Assembly (NCBI GenBank): GCA_963615565.1
Contig: CAVEGR010000079.1
Location: 1 to 54,319, forward strand
Reading direction: 5' to 3'
DNA: 54,319 nucleotides
DNA from: Phocaeicola massiliensis
Lineage (GTDB): Bacteria > Spirochaetota > Spirochaetia > Sphaerochaetales > Sphaerochaetaceae
Shown: in pieces, positions 18,260 to 27,521 of the stretch
How positions within the stretch are numbered: the first letter of the stretch is position 1
How the letters are laid out: the number at the start of each line of letters is the position of its first letter
Program-made: the position numbers and the translations under genes
Notes under the pieces: model-generated
The model's input: the letters and a program-made list of their open reading frames with translations, nothing else
The model's database searches: none
Told to the model about the DNA's origin: nothing

Positions 18260-19798
18260 TTAAAGATTATCATTGTAGAGAGCGCAGTACTTGTCAATTC
18301 CAAGTTTCTTCATCTCTGCAACATAAGTGTCCCAATCTTTTTCAATGCTCTTCTTTCCAGAGATGAAAGCATCTGCCCAAACTTCAAATGCATCTGCAAG
18401 AGGAGTCATGAGAGTTGTTGCTTCTTCAGCTGCATCATCATCAAATTTAGGTGTAGGAGGAATTGACTGAATAACATCACCCATAGCTTCAACTGCTGCG
18501 TTGATTTCACTGTAGTTTTCGTCATACTTTGTCATCTCACGGCTATTGACCCAAATCTTCTGAGTTACGTCACTTCCGCAACCATACTTGAGCTGCATAT
18601 ACTTGTAAATGCCTTCAGCTGCATTCTTAATTTCGTCAACATACTCAACTTTGCCATCTACCATGTTGTATGTAACGCCTTCTTTTCCAATACACCAGAG
18701 AATTGCTGCTTCTTCTGAGAAGAACATCTTATCAACGGCACGAACAATTTGCTCAAAATCTTTTCTTTCTGCTGTCTTTGCTGGGAACATGATACCGCTA
18801 CCTGTGCGGTCTTTCTGCTGGTGGTGTGCACCTGCAGGACCTGCAAGAGCTGGATACATCTGAAGCTTGAAGCCTTCAATTTCACTTGCTGCTTCAACGC
18901 CACCAATTTGGTCATAATATGCCCAAGTTGCCATAGAAGCACCTGTTGCAAGCTTTCTTGACCAAATTCCACCATCAATTGGTTCTGCCATTTCTGGGTC
19001 TAAGAGACCTTCTGCATAAAGTTTTGCAAAGAAAGTAACATATGCTTTAAATTCGTCGCTAATTGCACCTGTGAAGAACTGTTTCTTTTCATAGTCCCAA
19101 GAAAGAACTCTTGAACCACCAGCACTGTTTTTTCCAAGGGAAATTCCATATGCAGGCATGGTCATTCTATACAAAACTCTTGGTCCAACCAAAAGTGTAA
19201 GTGGATAAGAATCTGGATAGACTTCTTTGTATTTCTTTAGGATTTCATAAAGATCATCATATGTCTTTGGAGCATCAAAGCCATATGCTTCAAGGAAATC
19301 TTCTCTAAGAATAAGTCCGCCATCATAGAATGGAACATCTGTAAGAGATGGAAGATAATAAAGCTTTCCATCTTTGAGTTTAAGCTTGTCTATATCATCT
19401 TCCATTCCAAACTTCTCTACCATTGCATTCCAGTTTGGTGTCCATTCACTATAATCACTAATTGGAACAATTGCTCCATTCATTGCCAAAGATGCATTCT
19501 CTCCTGTTGTTGTCTGGTACAGAATTACATCTGGAGCATTAGTCTGCGTGTTAAGAGCAAGAGAAACTTTTGTGTTGTAATCAGCAATTGGAATAATTTC
19601 CCAATCAACATCAGCATTAGCAAGCTTCTCAGCCTCAATAACCGTAAGCCAATCTTCTTGGAACGGCAATGTTGCGTTATCAGAATAATATACGCTAAAC
19701 TTTACTGGTCCATCATTTGATGTTTCCTTAGCTGCCTGAGCAAAAACAGAACAGCAAGCAACGAGAACTACTAAAGAGATAAGTAGAACCTTTTTCAT
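18260..19798 (-). CDS. Extracellular solute-binding protein (large family-1, LplA-like)
   Basis: Signal peptide MKKVLLISLVVLVACCSVFAQAAKE; 512 aa. AAGGAAGG lies upstream of the ATG. Confidence 0.85.
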   Translation of the reverse strand: MKKVLLISLVVLVACCSVFAQAAKETSNDGPVKFSVYYSDNATLPFQEDWLTVIEAEKLANADVDWEIIPIADYNTKVSLALNTQTNAPDVILYQTTTGENASLAMNGAIVPISDYSEWTPNWNAMVEKFGMEDDIDKLKLKDGKLYYLPSLTDVPFYDGGLILREDFLEAYGFDAPKTYDDLYEILKKYKEVYPDSYPLTLLVGPRVLYRMTMPAYGISLGKNSAGGSRVLSWDYEKKQFFTGAISDEFKAYVTFFAKLYAEGLLDPEMAEPIDGGIWSRKLATGASMATWAYYDQIGGVEAASEIEGFKLQMYPALAGPAGAHHQQKDRTGSGIMFPAKTAERKDFEQIVRAVDKMFFSEEAAILWCIGKEGVTYNMVDGKVEYVDEIKNAAEGIYKYMQLKYGCGSDVTQKIWVNSREMTKYDENYSEINAAVEAMGDVIQSIPPTPKFDDDAAEEATTLMTPLADAFEVWADAFISGKKSIEKDWDTYVAEMKKLGIDKYCALYNDNL

Positions 19799-19936
19799 TT
19801 TTTACCTTCCTTTTGTGTGTTGTTAGGGCAACTCCTCATTACCCTTGTAAAAACCATCATAAGGGGTGAACTACAATAAAGCAAGAAAAATCCTTCCATT
19901 GATCTGGATACACAAAGTAGTAACAAACCAGATATT

Positions 19937-19972
19937 AAAAAGGCTTCAGAGCAAAACATAAACTCTGAAGCC
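19937..19972 (-). terminator. Rho-independent terminator of mglC
   Basis: 10-bp stem GGCTTCAGAG (19942-19951) / CTCTGAAGCC (19963-19972). It is followed on the - strand by TTTTT (19941-19937). Confidence 0.7.
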
Positions 19973-20026
19973 CTAATACTAAAAAGGTAAATTACGAGGG
20001 TTAAACCTCTAAAAAAAACTCTTACA

Positions 20027-21040
20027 TCACTTCTTTGCAATATACTTACGAACATCAAGTGCAACAGCTACAACAATAACCAAGCCTTGTGCAATGTAGT
20101 TGTAGTATGGGTTTACCCCAAGGAACTGAAGAATAATTTTCAAAACTTCAAAAACCAGAACACCAACAAGAATTCCAGGAACAGTACCAATACCACCAGT
20201 AGTAGAAACACCACCAATTGTACAACCTGCAATGGCTTCAAGTTCATAACCAGACCCCATAGAAGCAGAAGCCCCACCAGACTTTGCGGCAAGGAGATAT
20301 CCAGCAAGAGCATACATAAGACCTGCAACAGTATAAATACGAATAATCTCGTTACCTGTATTTACACCAGAAACCTCGGCAGCAATTTCGTTTCCTCCAA
20401 TTGCATACATGTATTTTCCATGAGTTGTCTTGTTAAAGACAAACCAGAACAAGAGACCAAATACAACTGCAACAAAAAAGAGATATGGAATGTTAAAACC
20501 TTTAACACTGCCAATCCTACCTGTAATGAGAGAAATATATTTGCTTTGAAAACCACCAATTGGCTGAGCATCTGTAAAAATAAGAGCAGCACCATAAATG
20601 ATAGTCTGCGTTCCGAGAGTTGCAATAAAAGGAGGAACTTTGAGTTTTGAAATTATCAAGCCGTTTACAATACCAAAGATAGCACCAACAACAAGGACAA
20701 TGAGAAGAACAACAAACATATTCATCTCAGGAATGCTCTTATAAAGACGGCCAGTATAATTACCCCTCTGAATCAGAACACCAGCAAGACATGCAGCAAA
20801 ACCAACTTGACGTCCAGCTGAAAGATCTGTTCCTTTAATAATAAGACAACCTGAAACTCCAAGAGCAATGAGAAATCTTACTGCTGTATTACTTATAAGG
20901 TTTGCAAGGTTTCCCCAAGAGAAGAAGTTGTCTACCGTACAACCAACAACAATTGAGGCCAAAATCAGAAGAACGACAATTGGATTTGCTTTAACTAGTC
21001 CAAAGATTTTATTAAATGTATTTTTCTTTTTAAGTTCCAT
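20027..21040 (-). CDS. mglC: Galactose/methyl-galactoside type ABC permease (CUT2)
   Basis: 337 aa hydrophobic protein with the CUT2 permease block PPFIATLGTQ. It is a paralogue of the 41979..42986 product. Confidence 0.85.
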   Translation of the reverse strand: MELKKKNTFNKIFGLVKANPIVVLLILASIVVGCTVDNFFSWGNLANLISNTAVRFLIALGVSGCLIIKGTDLSAGRQVGFAACLAGVLIQRGNYTGRLYKSIPEMNMFVVLLIVLVVGAIFGIVNGLIISKLKVPPFIATLGTQTIIYGAALIFTDAQPIGGFQSKYISLITGRIGSVKGFNIPYLFFVAVVFGLLFWFVFNKTTHGKYMYAIGGNEIAAEVSGVNTGNEIIRIYTVAGLMYALAGYLLAAKSGGASASMGSGYELEAIAGCTIGGVSTTGGIGTVPGILVGVLVFEVLKIILQFLGVNPYYNYIAQGLVIVVAVALDVRKYIAKK

Positions 21041-21049
21041 ATCAACTCC

Positions 21050-22573
21050 CTAAACAGCACCAAACTGGGTAGCATAAGTCATAATGTTCTCTTGGGTTGC
21101 ATCTTTACCATCTACAAAACCAGTTACTCTACCATCACACATAACCATGATTCTGTCTGACATACCAATGAGTTCACTCATTTCACTAGAAATCATAATT
21201 ATACTCTTACCTTGTTTGGCAAGATCAGCAATGATGCAGTAAATTTCGTATTTAGCACCAACATCTATACCTCTTGTTGGTTCATCCAAAATAAGAACAT
21301 CGGGATCATTTGCAAGCCACCTACCAACTAAAACTTTCTGCTGGTTTCCACCAGAAAGGGTCTTAATTAAAGTCTTGCTTGAAGGAGTCTTAATCTCCAT
21401 TTTCTTCACATTGTATTCAACAAGATCTTCAATTTTGTTCAAATCAAGAGTAACCCCGTTTTTGAGGTAAGTGTAATGATTCAAAGATGCAATTGCTATG
21501 TTATCAGAGACAGGAAGAACTCCCATTATTCCAGTTCCTCTTCTATCCTCTGTAAGCATGGCAATTCCTTGATTAATTGCATCCTTTGGACGATTAATCT
21601 TCAGCTCTTTGCCTTTGTAACGAATAGTTCCTGTAGTGTGACTACGTCTTCCAAATAATCCCTCCATAAGTTCTGTTCTCTGAGCACCCACAAGGCCTCC
21701 TACACCAAGAATCTCACCCTTACGGAGATTGAAAGTAATATGCCTAAAGCTTTTTGGATTAATTGAAGTAAAATCCTCTACTTCAAAAACAACCTCTCCT
21801 GGAACATTGTCGCGTTTTGGATAAAGGTTGCTAAGCTCACGCCCTACCATCTTTGTAATAATAAAGTCATTAGTAAGTTCACTAGCAGGCCATGTTCCAA
21901 TGTACTTACCGTCTCTCATGATGGTCACTTCATCACTAATACGAAGAATTTCATCCATCTTGTGTGAGATATAGACTATCGCAACCCCTTCTGCCTTAAG
22001 ATCCTCAATAATTCTAAAAAGAGCATCAACTTCGTTTTGCGTTAATGAAGACGTTGGCTCGTCAAGAATCAAAACCCTACAGTTTGCAGACACAGCTTTT
22101 GCAATTTCAACAGATTGCATTTGAGAAACACTGAGATTTCCCACCTTCTCTTTTGGATCAAAATCCATTCTAACTTTCTTGAGAAGTGCAGCTGTATCAT
22201 CATACATTTTTTTGTGGTCAACCATTGGAATAAATCCAAGTGCTTTTTTCATTGGATATCTTCCAAGAAATATATTTTCACCTATGGTTCTTGCTGGGAT
22301 TGGCTGTAACTCTTGATGAACCATTGCAATACCCTTTTTCAGAGCGTCCATAGGGTCTTTAATTTCAGTTTCATTACCATCAATAAGAATCTTACCCTCA
22401 TCCATTTTGTATATTCCAAACATACATTTCATGAGAGTAGATTTTCCGGCTCCATTTTCTCCCATTAAGGCATGAACCTTGCCGGCCCGGAGCTTAAGTT
22501 GCGCATGGTCTAAAGCTTTAACACCTGGGAAAGCTTTACAAACATCACGCATTTCTAGGAGGAATTCTGACAT
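21050..22573 (-). CDS. mglA: Sugar ABC transporter ATP-binding protein with duplicated ATPase domains
   Basis: Walker A GENGAGKST, signature LSGGNQQK and two fused NBDs (507 aa). AGGAGGG lies upstream of the ATG. Confidence 0.9.
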   Translation of the reverse strand: MSEFLLEMRDVCKAFPGVKALDHAQLKLRAGKVHALMGENGAGKSTLMKCMFGIYKMDEGKILIDGNETEIKDPMDALKKGIAMVHQELQPIPARTIGENIFLGRYPMKKALGFIPMVDHKKMYDDTAALLKKVRMDFDPKEKVGNLSVSQMQSVEIAKAVSANCRVLILDEPTSSLTQNEVDALFRIIEDLKAEGVAIVYISHKMDEILRISDEVTIMRDGKYIGTWPASELTNDFIITKMVGRELSNLYPKRDNVPGEVVFEVEDFTSINPKSFRHITFNLRKGEILGVGGLVGAQRTELMEGLFGRRSHTTGTIRYKGKELKINRPKDAINQGIAMLTEDRRGTGIMGVLPVSDNIAIASLNHYTYLKNGVTLDLNKIEDLVEYNVKKMEIKTPSSKTLIKTLSGGNQQKVLVGRWLANDPDVLILDEPTRGIDVGAKYEIYCIIADLAKQGKSIIMISSEMSELIGMSDRIMVMCDGRVTGFVDGKDATQENIMTYATQFGAV

Positions 22574-22619
22574 TTCCTCAACCCTCCTTTGCTTTAAATT
22601 CTACATATATTCTACGAAA

Positions 22620-22700
22620 GCGGGTAAGAATATAATCTCACCCGCCTTCACAGCTTTAAAAAAGTTCTAGAGGGCTCTTACAAAACTGCAACACCCTCTA
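22620..22700 (-). terminator. Two stem-loops between mglB and mglA (intra-operon attenuators)
   Basis: Stems GCGGGT (22620-22625) / ACCCGC (22640-22645) and TAGAGGG (22668-22674) / CCCTCTA (22694-22700). Confidence 0.45.
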
Positions 22701-22710
22701 AGTAAATAAA

Positions 22711-23715
22711 TTACTTTGTGACCATGACGTAATCAACCCAGTAGTAGTTCTCAATTGCTTCGCCATTAAGAGCCTTAATTGTTACATCAACAGCTTTATG
22801 AGACTGACCAATGTGGTCGTTAAGAACTGTACCTGTCATTGTTCCTGCATTGACCATTTCAACACATTCGTCAAGAGCATCAACACCAACAAGATAAATG
22901 TCCTTTCCAACTGTTCTACCAGCTGCCTGAATAGCTGCTGCAGCACCAAGAGCCATAGCGTCATTGTTACAGAAAACAACTTCAACCTTGTTGCCATATT
23001 TTGCAAGAGCGTTAGCACAGAGTTCCTGTCCCTTTGCCTGAGCCCAGTTACCAACCTGATCATCAAGACATTCTACCTTGTAGCCAGCGTCTGTGAGATA
23101 CTTGATTGAGAATTCTGTTCTGTACTGAGCATCGATATTTTCTGGGTCACCTTCAATCATGATATAAGAGATAACTCCGTCACCGTTGATATCACCATGG
23201 TTGTCAAGCTCAGCAATAATTCTGCCTTGGAAAGAACCTGACTGTCTTGCGTCTGCACCAACATAACAAACTTTTGGATTGTTGAGAATTCCTTCATACT
23301 GCTCATCAAGAGTATTTCCATCCTTGTCATAAGCAAGAGGCTCTCTGTTGATAAGAATACATGGAATATCTGCGGCAACAATCATGTCAATGATAGCATC
23401 TGCTGAAGATGTCTGAACTAGGTTTAGAATAATTGCATCCATACCCTGTGTGATGAAGTTGTTGATTTGGTTGGTCTGTTCAGCCATATCATTTTTTCCA
23501 TCAACGAATGTAAGATTGTACTTAACAGTATCTGTCTCAAGAGTGCTGAAATAGTTAGCAATCTCATTTCTGTAAAGTGTCATGAAGTTATCATCAAACT
23601 GATAAATTGCAACGCCTACTTTGTAGGTCTTAACACTTGATTCCTGTGCACCCTGAGCAAATACTGCTGTTAGTGCAACAAGAGCAACAACCAATACGAC
23701 AAACAGTTTTTTCAT
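22711..23715 (-). CDS. mglB: Galactose/glucose-type periplasmic binding protein
   Basis: ATG 23715 (MKKLFVVLVVALVALTAVFAQGAQES) is preceded by AAAAGGAGAAAA. The protein is a type I periplasmic-binding fold family member. Confidence 0.85.
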   Translation of the reverse strand: MKKLFVVLVVALVALTAVFAQGAQESSVKTYKVGVAIYQFDDNFMTLYRNEIANYFSTLETDTVKYNLTFVDGKNDMAEQTNQINNFITQGMDAIILNLVQTSSADAIIDMIVAADIPCILINREPLAYDKDGNTLDEQYEGILNNPKVCYVGADARQSGSFQGRIIAELDNHGDINGDGVISYIMIEGDPENIDAQYRTEFSIKYLTDAGYKVECLDDQVGNWAQAKGQELCANALAKYGNKVEVVFCNNDAMALGAAAAIQAAGRTVGKDIYLVGVDALDECVEMVNAGTMTGTVLNDHIGQSHKAVDVTIKALNGEAIENYYWVDYVMVTK

Positions 23716-23783
23716 ATTGTTTTTCTCCTTTTTTTTGTGTCTCGTCACTTGACGATAAAAAAAATATAGCACAGCCAAAATCA

Positions 23784-23811
23784 GCTGTAAACAAAAATAT
23801 TTGTATACAGC
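23784..23811. promoter_or_regulatory. 28-bp near-perfect palindrome in the divergent mglB / NifU-like intergenic region (candidate operator)
   Basis: GCTGTAAACAAAAATATTTGTATACAGC pairs at 12 of 14 positions. It lies 69-96 nt upstream of the mglB start. Confidence 0.4.
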
Positions 23812-23993
23812 GTGAAGAGTTTCACAAAAACTAATATATTAGTCATAAACATCTTTGCCTTGATTTGCAGCTATAATTGTAGATATAGACAGATATAAAT
23901 AGGCATAATTAAAAACATAATTAAAGACAGAATTTCCAATATGTGATACATTACTAAAATGTAGAATTGAAAACGAAATCAGGAGGATTTTGG

Positions 23994-24686
23994 ATGATTT
24001 ATACAACAGAAGTACAGCATATGTGTCCTGTTGCAAAGGGTGCATATCATGGACCTGCTCCAATTCCAGAAGAAGGAAAATGGGTACAGGCCAAGGAAAT
24101 TAAGGACATCAGCGGACTTACTCATGGCGTTGGCTGGTGTGCTCCACAGCAGGGTGCTTGCAAACTTACCCTTAACATTAAAGACGGAATCATTGAAGAG
24201 GCACTTGTAGAAACTATTGGGTGTTCAGGAATGACCCATTCAGCAGCAATGGCATCAGAAATCCTCATTGGAAAGACAATCCTTGAGGCTCTAAACACAG
24301 ACCTCGTTTGTGATGCAATCAACACAGCAATGAGAGAACTTTTCCTTCAGATTGTCTACGGCAGAAGCCAGACAGCTTTCTCTGAAGGCGGACTTCCAAT
24401 TGGTGGTGGACTTGAAGATCTTGGAAAGGGCCTCAGATCTCAGATTGGTACAATGTACGCAACAAAGGAAAAGGGACCAAGATATCTTGAGCTTGCAGAA
24501 GGTTATGTAACAAAGATTGCTCTTAACAGCGCTGATGAAATTGTTGGATACGAATTTGTCAACTTGGGCAAGATGATGGAGTTCATTAAACAAGGACTCA
24601 GCGGAAATGATGCACTTGCAAAGGCCAAGGGCCATTATGGCCAGTGGGATGATGCTGCAAAGTACATTGACCCAAGACACGAGTAA
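23994..24686 (+). CDS. NifU/IscU-like iron-sulfur scaffold-domain protein
   Basis: The Cys pattern WCAPQQGAC .. IGCSGMTHSAAMASE resembles the IscU/NifU N-terminal domain. ATG 23994 is preceded by AGGAGG (23981-23986); the track start 23967 is a TTG. Confidence 0.7.
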   Translation: MIYTTEVQHMCPVAKGAYHGPAPIPEEGKWVQAKEIKDISGLTHGVGWCAPQQGACKLTLNIKDGIIEEALVETIGCSGMTHSAAMASEILIGKTILEALNTDLVCDAINTAMRELFLQIVYGRSQTAFSEGGLPIGGGLEDLGKGLRSQIGTMYATKEKGPRYLELAEGYVTKIALNSADEIVGYEFVNLGKMMEFIKQGLSGNDALAKAKGHYGQWDDAAKYIDPRHE

Positions 24687-24697
24687 GGAGGACTGAC

Positions 24698-25702
24698 ATG
24701 GCTTTATTTGAAAGTTACGAAAGAAGAGTAGATCATATAAACGAAGTCATTGCACAGTACGGAATCAGCAGCATTGAAGAGTGCCGCAAGATTTGCAACG
24801 ACTATGGATTTGACCCATATGACATTGTTAAAGGTGTTCAGCCAATTGCTTTTGATAATGCAGGTTGGGCTTATACAGTTGGTGCAGCAATTGCAATCAA
24901 AAAAGGCGTAAAAACAGCAGCTGAAGCAGCTGAAGCTATTGGTATTGGTCTTCAGAGTTTCTGTATTGCAGGTTCTGTTGCTGATGACAGAAAAGTTGGA
25001 CTTGGCCATGGAAACCTTGGTGCAATGCTTCTAAGAGATGAAACAAAATGCTTTGCATTCCTTGCAGGACATGAAAGCTTTGCAGCTGCAGAAGGTGCAA
25101 TTGGTATTGTAAAGAACGCAAACAAGGCAAGAAAAGAGCCTCTCAGAGTTATCCTTAACGGACTTGGAAAAGACGCTGCTCAAATCATTAGCAGAATCAA
25201 CGGTTTCACATATGTCCAGACACAGTTTGACTACTATACAGGAAAGCTGAACATTGTCCGTGAAATTGCTTACTCCACTGGAGAGAGAGCTGCTGTACGT
25301 TGCTATGGTGCAGACGATGTCCGCGAAGGTGTTGCAATCATGCATCATGAAGGCGTTGATGTTTCCATCACAGGAAACTCCACAAACCCAACAAGATTCC
25401 AGCATCCAGTTGCAGGAACATACAAGAAAGAATGCATTGAACAGGGCAAGAAATACTTCTCAGTTGCTTCCGGTGGTGGCACAGGAAGAACACTCCATCC
25501 AGATAACATGGCAGCCGGTCCTGCTTCATACGGCATGACAGATACAATGGGAAGAATGCACTCAGATGCTCAATTTGCAGGTTCTTCATCTGTTCCAGCA
25601 CACGTTGAGATGATGGGCTTCCTTGGAATGGGAAACAACCCAATGGTTGGTGCTACAGTAGCTGTTGCAGTTGCAGTAGATCAAGCTCTCAACAAGAGAT
25701 AA
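24698..25702 (+). CDS. GGGtGRT family protein (conserved, function unknown)
   Basis: Contains the name-giving motif SGGGTGRT (..FSVASGGGTGRTLHPD..). AAGGAGG lies upstream. The gene starts 11 nt after the NifU-like gene. Confidence 0.8.
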   Translation: MALFESYERRVDHINEVIAQYGISSIEECRKICNDYGFDPYDIVKGVQPIAFDNAGWAYTVGAAIAIKKGVKTAAEAAEAIGIGLQSFCIAGSVADDRKVGLGHGNLGAMLLRDETKCFAFLAGHESFAAAEGAIGIVKNANKARKEPLRVILNGLGKDAAQIISRINGFTYVQTQFDYYTGKLNIVREIAYSTGERAAVRCYGADDVREGVAIMHHEGVDVSITGNSTNPTRFQHPVAGTYKKECIEQGKKYFSVASGGGTGRTLHPDNMAAGPASYGMTDTMGRMHSDAQFAGSSSVPAHVEMMGFLGMGNNPMVGATVAVAVAVDQALNKR

Positions 25703-25719
25703 TTTACACTTGACAAGTA

Positions 25720-25749
25720 AGGGCCTCCAGCAAATGGGGGCTCTTTTTA
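25720..25749 (+). terminator. Rho-independent terminator after the GGGtGRT gene
   Basis: 9-bp stem AGGGCCTCC / GGGGGCTCT (2 G-U pairs) with a 7-nt loop, followed by TTTTAT. Confidence 0.65.
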
Positions 25750-25761
25750 TAAGGAAACATC

Positions 25762-26052
25762 ATGCTCCACCACATAATTGTTAAATTTAATGACAATCTC
25801 ACCCCGTCTCAGAAAGCTCAAATAATCAAGCAGGCCTCAGAGCTATTCAAGGGCCTAACTGACATTGATGGCATCCACGGCGTTTGCCTGCATCCATCCT
25901 GCATTGACAGGCCAAACCGCTTTGACTTGATGATAGTCATTGACATGGACAAGGACGCCCTTCCCATCTACGACGACTGCACCATCCACCACACTTGGAA
26001 GACCGATTTCTCTAAATACATCAAGAGCAAGACTATTTTTGATTACGAGTAA
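25762..26052 (+). CDS. Dabb (stress-responsive alpha/beta barrel) family protein
   Basis: 96 aa; the N-terminus MLHHIIVKFND is typical of Dabb domains. AAGGAAA lies upstream. Confidence 0.65.
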   Translation: MLHHIIVKFNDNLTPSQKAQIIKQASELFKGLTDIDGIHGVCLHPSCIDRPNRFDLMIVIDMDKDALPIYDDCTIHHTWKTDFSKYIKSKTIFDYE

Positions 26053-26067
26053 GTAACTGACCCCATG

Positions 26068-27492
26068 CTAAGGCTGAAAAACCTTAACATTTTGTGATTT
26101 TTGAATCAGTTTGTGGCCTTCAGACAAAGAAGAAACAACACCACAAGATAAGGCTTGTGTCAGAATGTTACCAAGGGATGTAGCTTCAGAAGGGCCCGCA
26201 TAAACACAAAGACCTGTTTCTTGAGCTGTCCATTCATCTAGAATCTCATTTTTACATCCACCACCTATGATGTATATAGAATCAAATGTTCTTCCAACAA
26301 TGCTCTCAAGATCCTTAACAGCTTTTGCATATGTAATTGCAAGACCTCTGTAAATAGCACGCATAAACTGTCCTTGCGTTTGAGGAACCTCTTGATTTGT
26401 TTCTTTACAGTAGTTCACAATTCTATCTGTCATAAGATTGTCATGAGTATTGGGAGCCATAAATCTTTCATCTAATGGATTTATGTAACTATTAAATGTC
26501 TTATCCTCAAGCGTTTGAAGATCCAATTCCTTCCATGAAACATTTTGGCCCAATGATTTCCAATAGTTTACACATTCTGTTTGAATCCACATTCCAACAA
26601 TATTTTGTAAGAATAATGTTTCACCATTTAAGCCTTTCTCATTTGAGAAACCCTCATCTAGCGCTTGTGCTGTCAATATAGGATCTTTTGAACCAACACC
26701 CAAAATTGACCATGTTCCTGATGAAAGAAACAATGGATACTCTTCATCTACTGCAGGAACTGCAACAACTGCACTTGCAGTATCATGGGCTGCTGATGCA
26801 ACAACTACAACATCTGCAGAGGCTCCAAGTTGTTTCTGTAAATCTTCTGTTAAAGGTCCAACAATAGCCCCAGATGGCACTATCTTACCAAAAAATTCTA
26901 CATTAAAGCCTAATTGGGCTATTAAATCCCAGTTCCAATCATTAGTATGTGGATTAAGTAATTGTGTTGTTGAAGCATGAGTTAGCTCATTACACATAAC
27001 ACCTGTGAGCCAATAATTGAGAAGATCTGGAAAACTTAGATAGTGAGAGGCTGCATCAAAATCTTTTGGTCTATTGCACTTATGAGCATACAATTGAAAA
27101 ATTGTGTTATAAGACTGAATAGAAAGTCCTGACTGTTTATATAAGCTCTCTCTTCCTCCAGCAATTTCAATTACTTTATCCATAACTGGTAGAGTTCTTG
27201 AATCTCTGTAGTGATAGATTGGACTTACTAAAGCTCCACTTTCATCAAGTAAGCCATAATCTACGCCCCAAGTATCTATTCCTATACTTACAATATCATC
27301 TCCATATTTATCAAAACACTTTTTTAGACCTTTTAAGATCTCCATATAGATACCATGAGCATCCCAATAGAATTCCCCAAGAACAGCACAATTTGGAGTT
27401 TGAAATCTATGAACTTCTTCAAATGATTTCAGATTTCCAACTATGACTCTTCCACTTGTTGCGCCCAAATCAACTGCAATGTGTTTTTTCAT
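26068..27492 (-). CDS. rhaB: FGGY carbohydrate kinase, rhamnulokinase (RhaB) family; substrate here possibly L-fuculose or another 6-deoxy-ketose
   Basis: The N-terminus IAVDLGATSGRVIVG..VHRF resembles E. coli RhaB (VAVDLGASSGRV..IHRF). 474 aa; TAGGAG lies upstream. Confidence 0.8.
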   Translation of the reverse strand: MKKHIAVDLGATSGRVIVGNLKSFEEVHRFQTPNCAVLGEFYWDAHGIYMEILKGLKKCFDKYGDDIVSIGIDTWGVDYGLLDESGALVSPIYHYRDSRTLPVMDKVIEIAGGRESLYKQSGLSIQSYNTIFQLYAHKCNRPKDFDAASHYLSFPDLLNYWLTGVMCNELTHASTTQLLNPHTNDWNWDLIAQLGFNVEFFGKIVPSGAIVGPLTEDLQKQLGASADVVVVASAAHDTASAVVAVPAVDEEYPLFLSSGTWSILGVGSKDPILTAQALDEGFSNEKGLNGETLFLQNIVGMWIQTECVNYWKSLGQNVSWKELDLQTLEDKTFNSYINPLDERFMAPNTHDNLMTDRIVNYCKETNQEVPQTQGQFMRAIYRGLAITYAKAVKDLESIVGRTFDSIYIIGGGCKNEILDEWTAQETGLCVYAGPSEATSLGNILTQALSCGVVSSLSEGHKLIQKSQNVKVFQP

Positions 27493-27521
27493 GTAAAACT
27501 CCTACACATAAACCTACAAGC

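Noticed and set aside
19795-20064. 89-aa - strand ORF spanning the mglC terminator and the binding-protein promoter region
   Set aside because: It overlaps the mglC 3' end and a clear terminator hairpin (19942-19972). The composition is implausible and there is no ribosome-binding site.
20087-20650. 187-aa + strand ORF antisense to mglC
   Set aside because: Its low-complexity N/T/K-rich translation is typical of the antisense strand of a membrane-protein gene.
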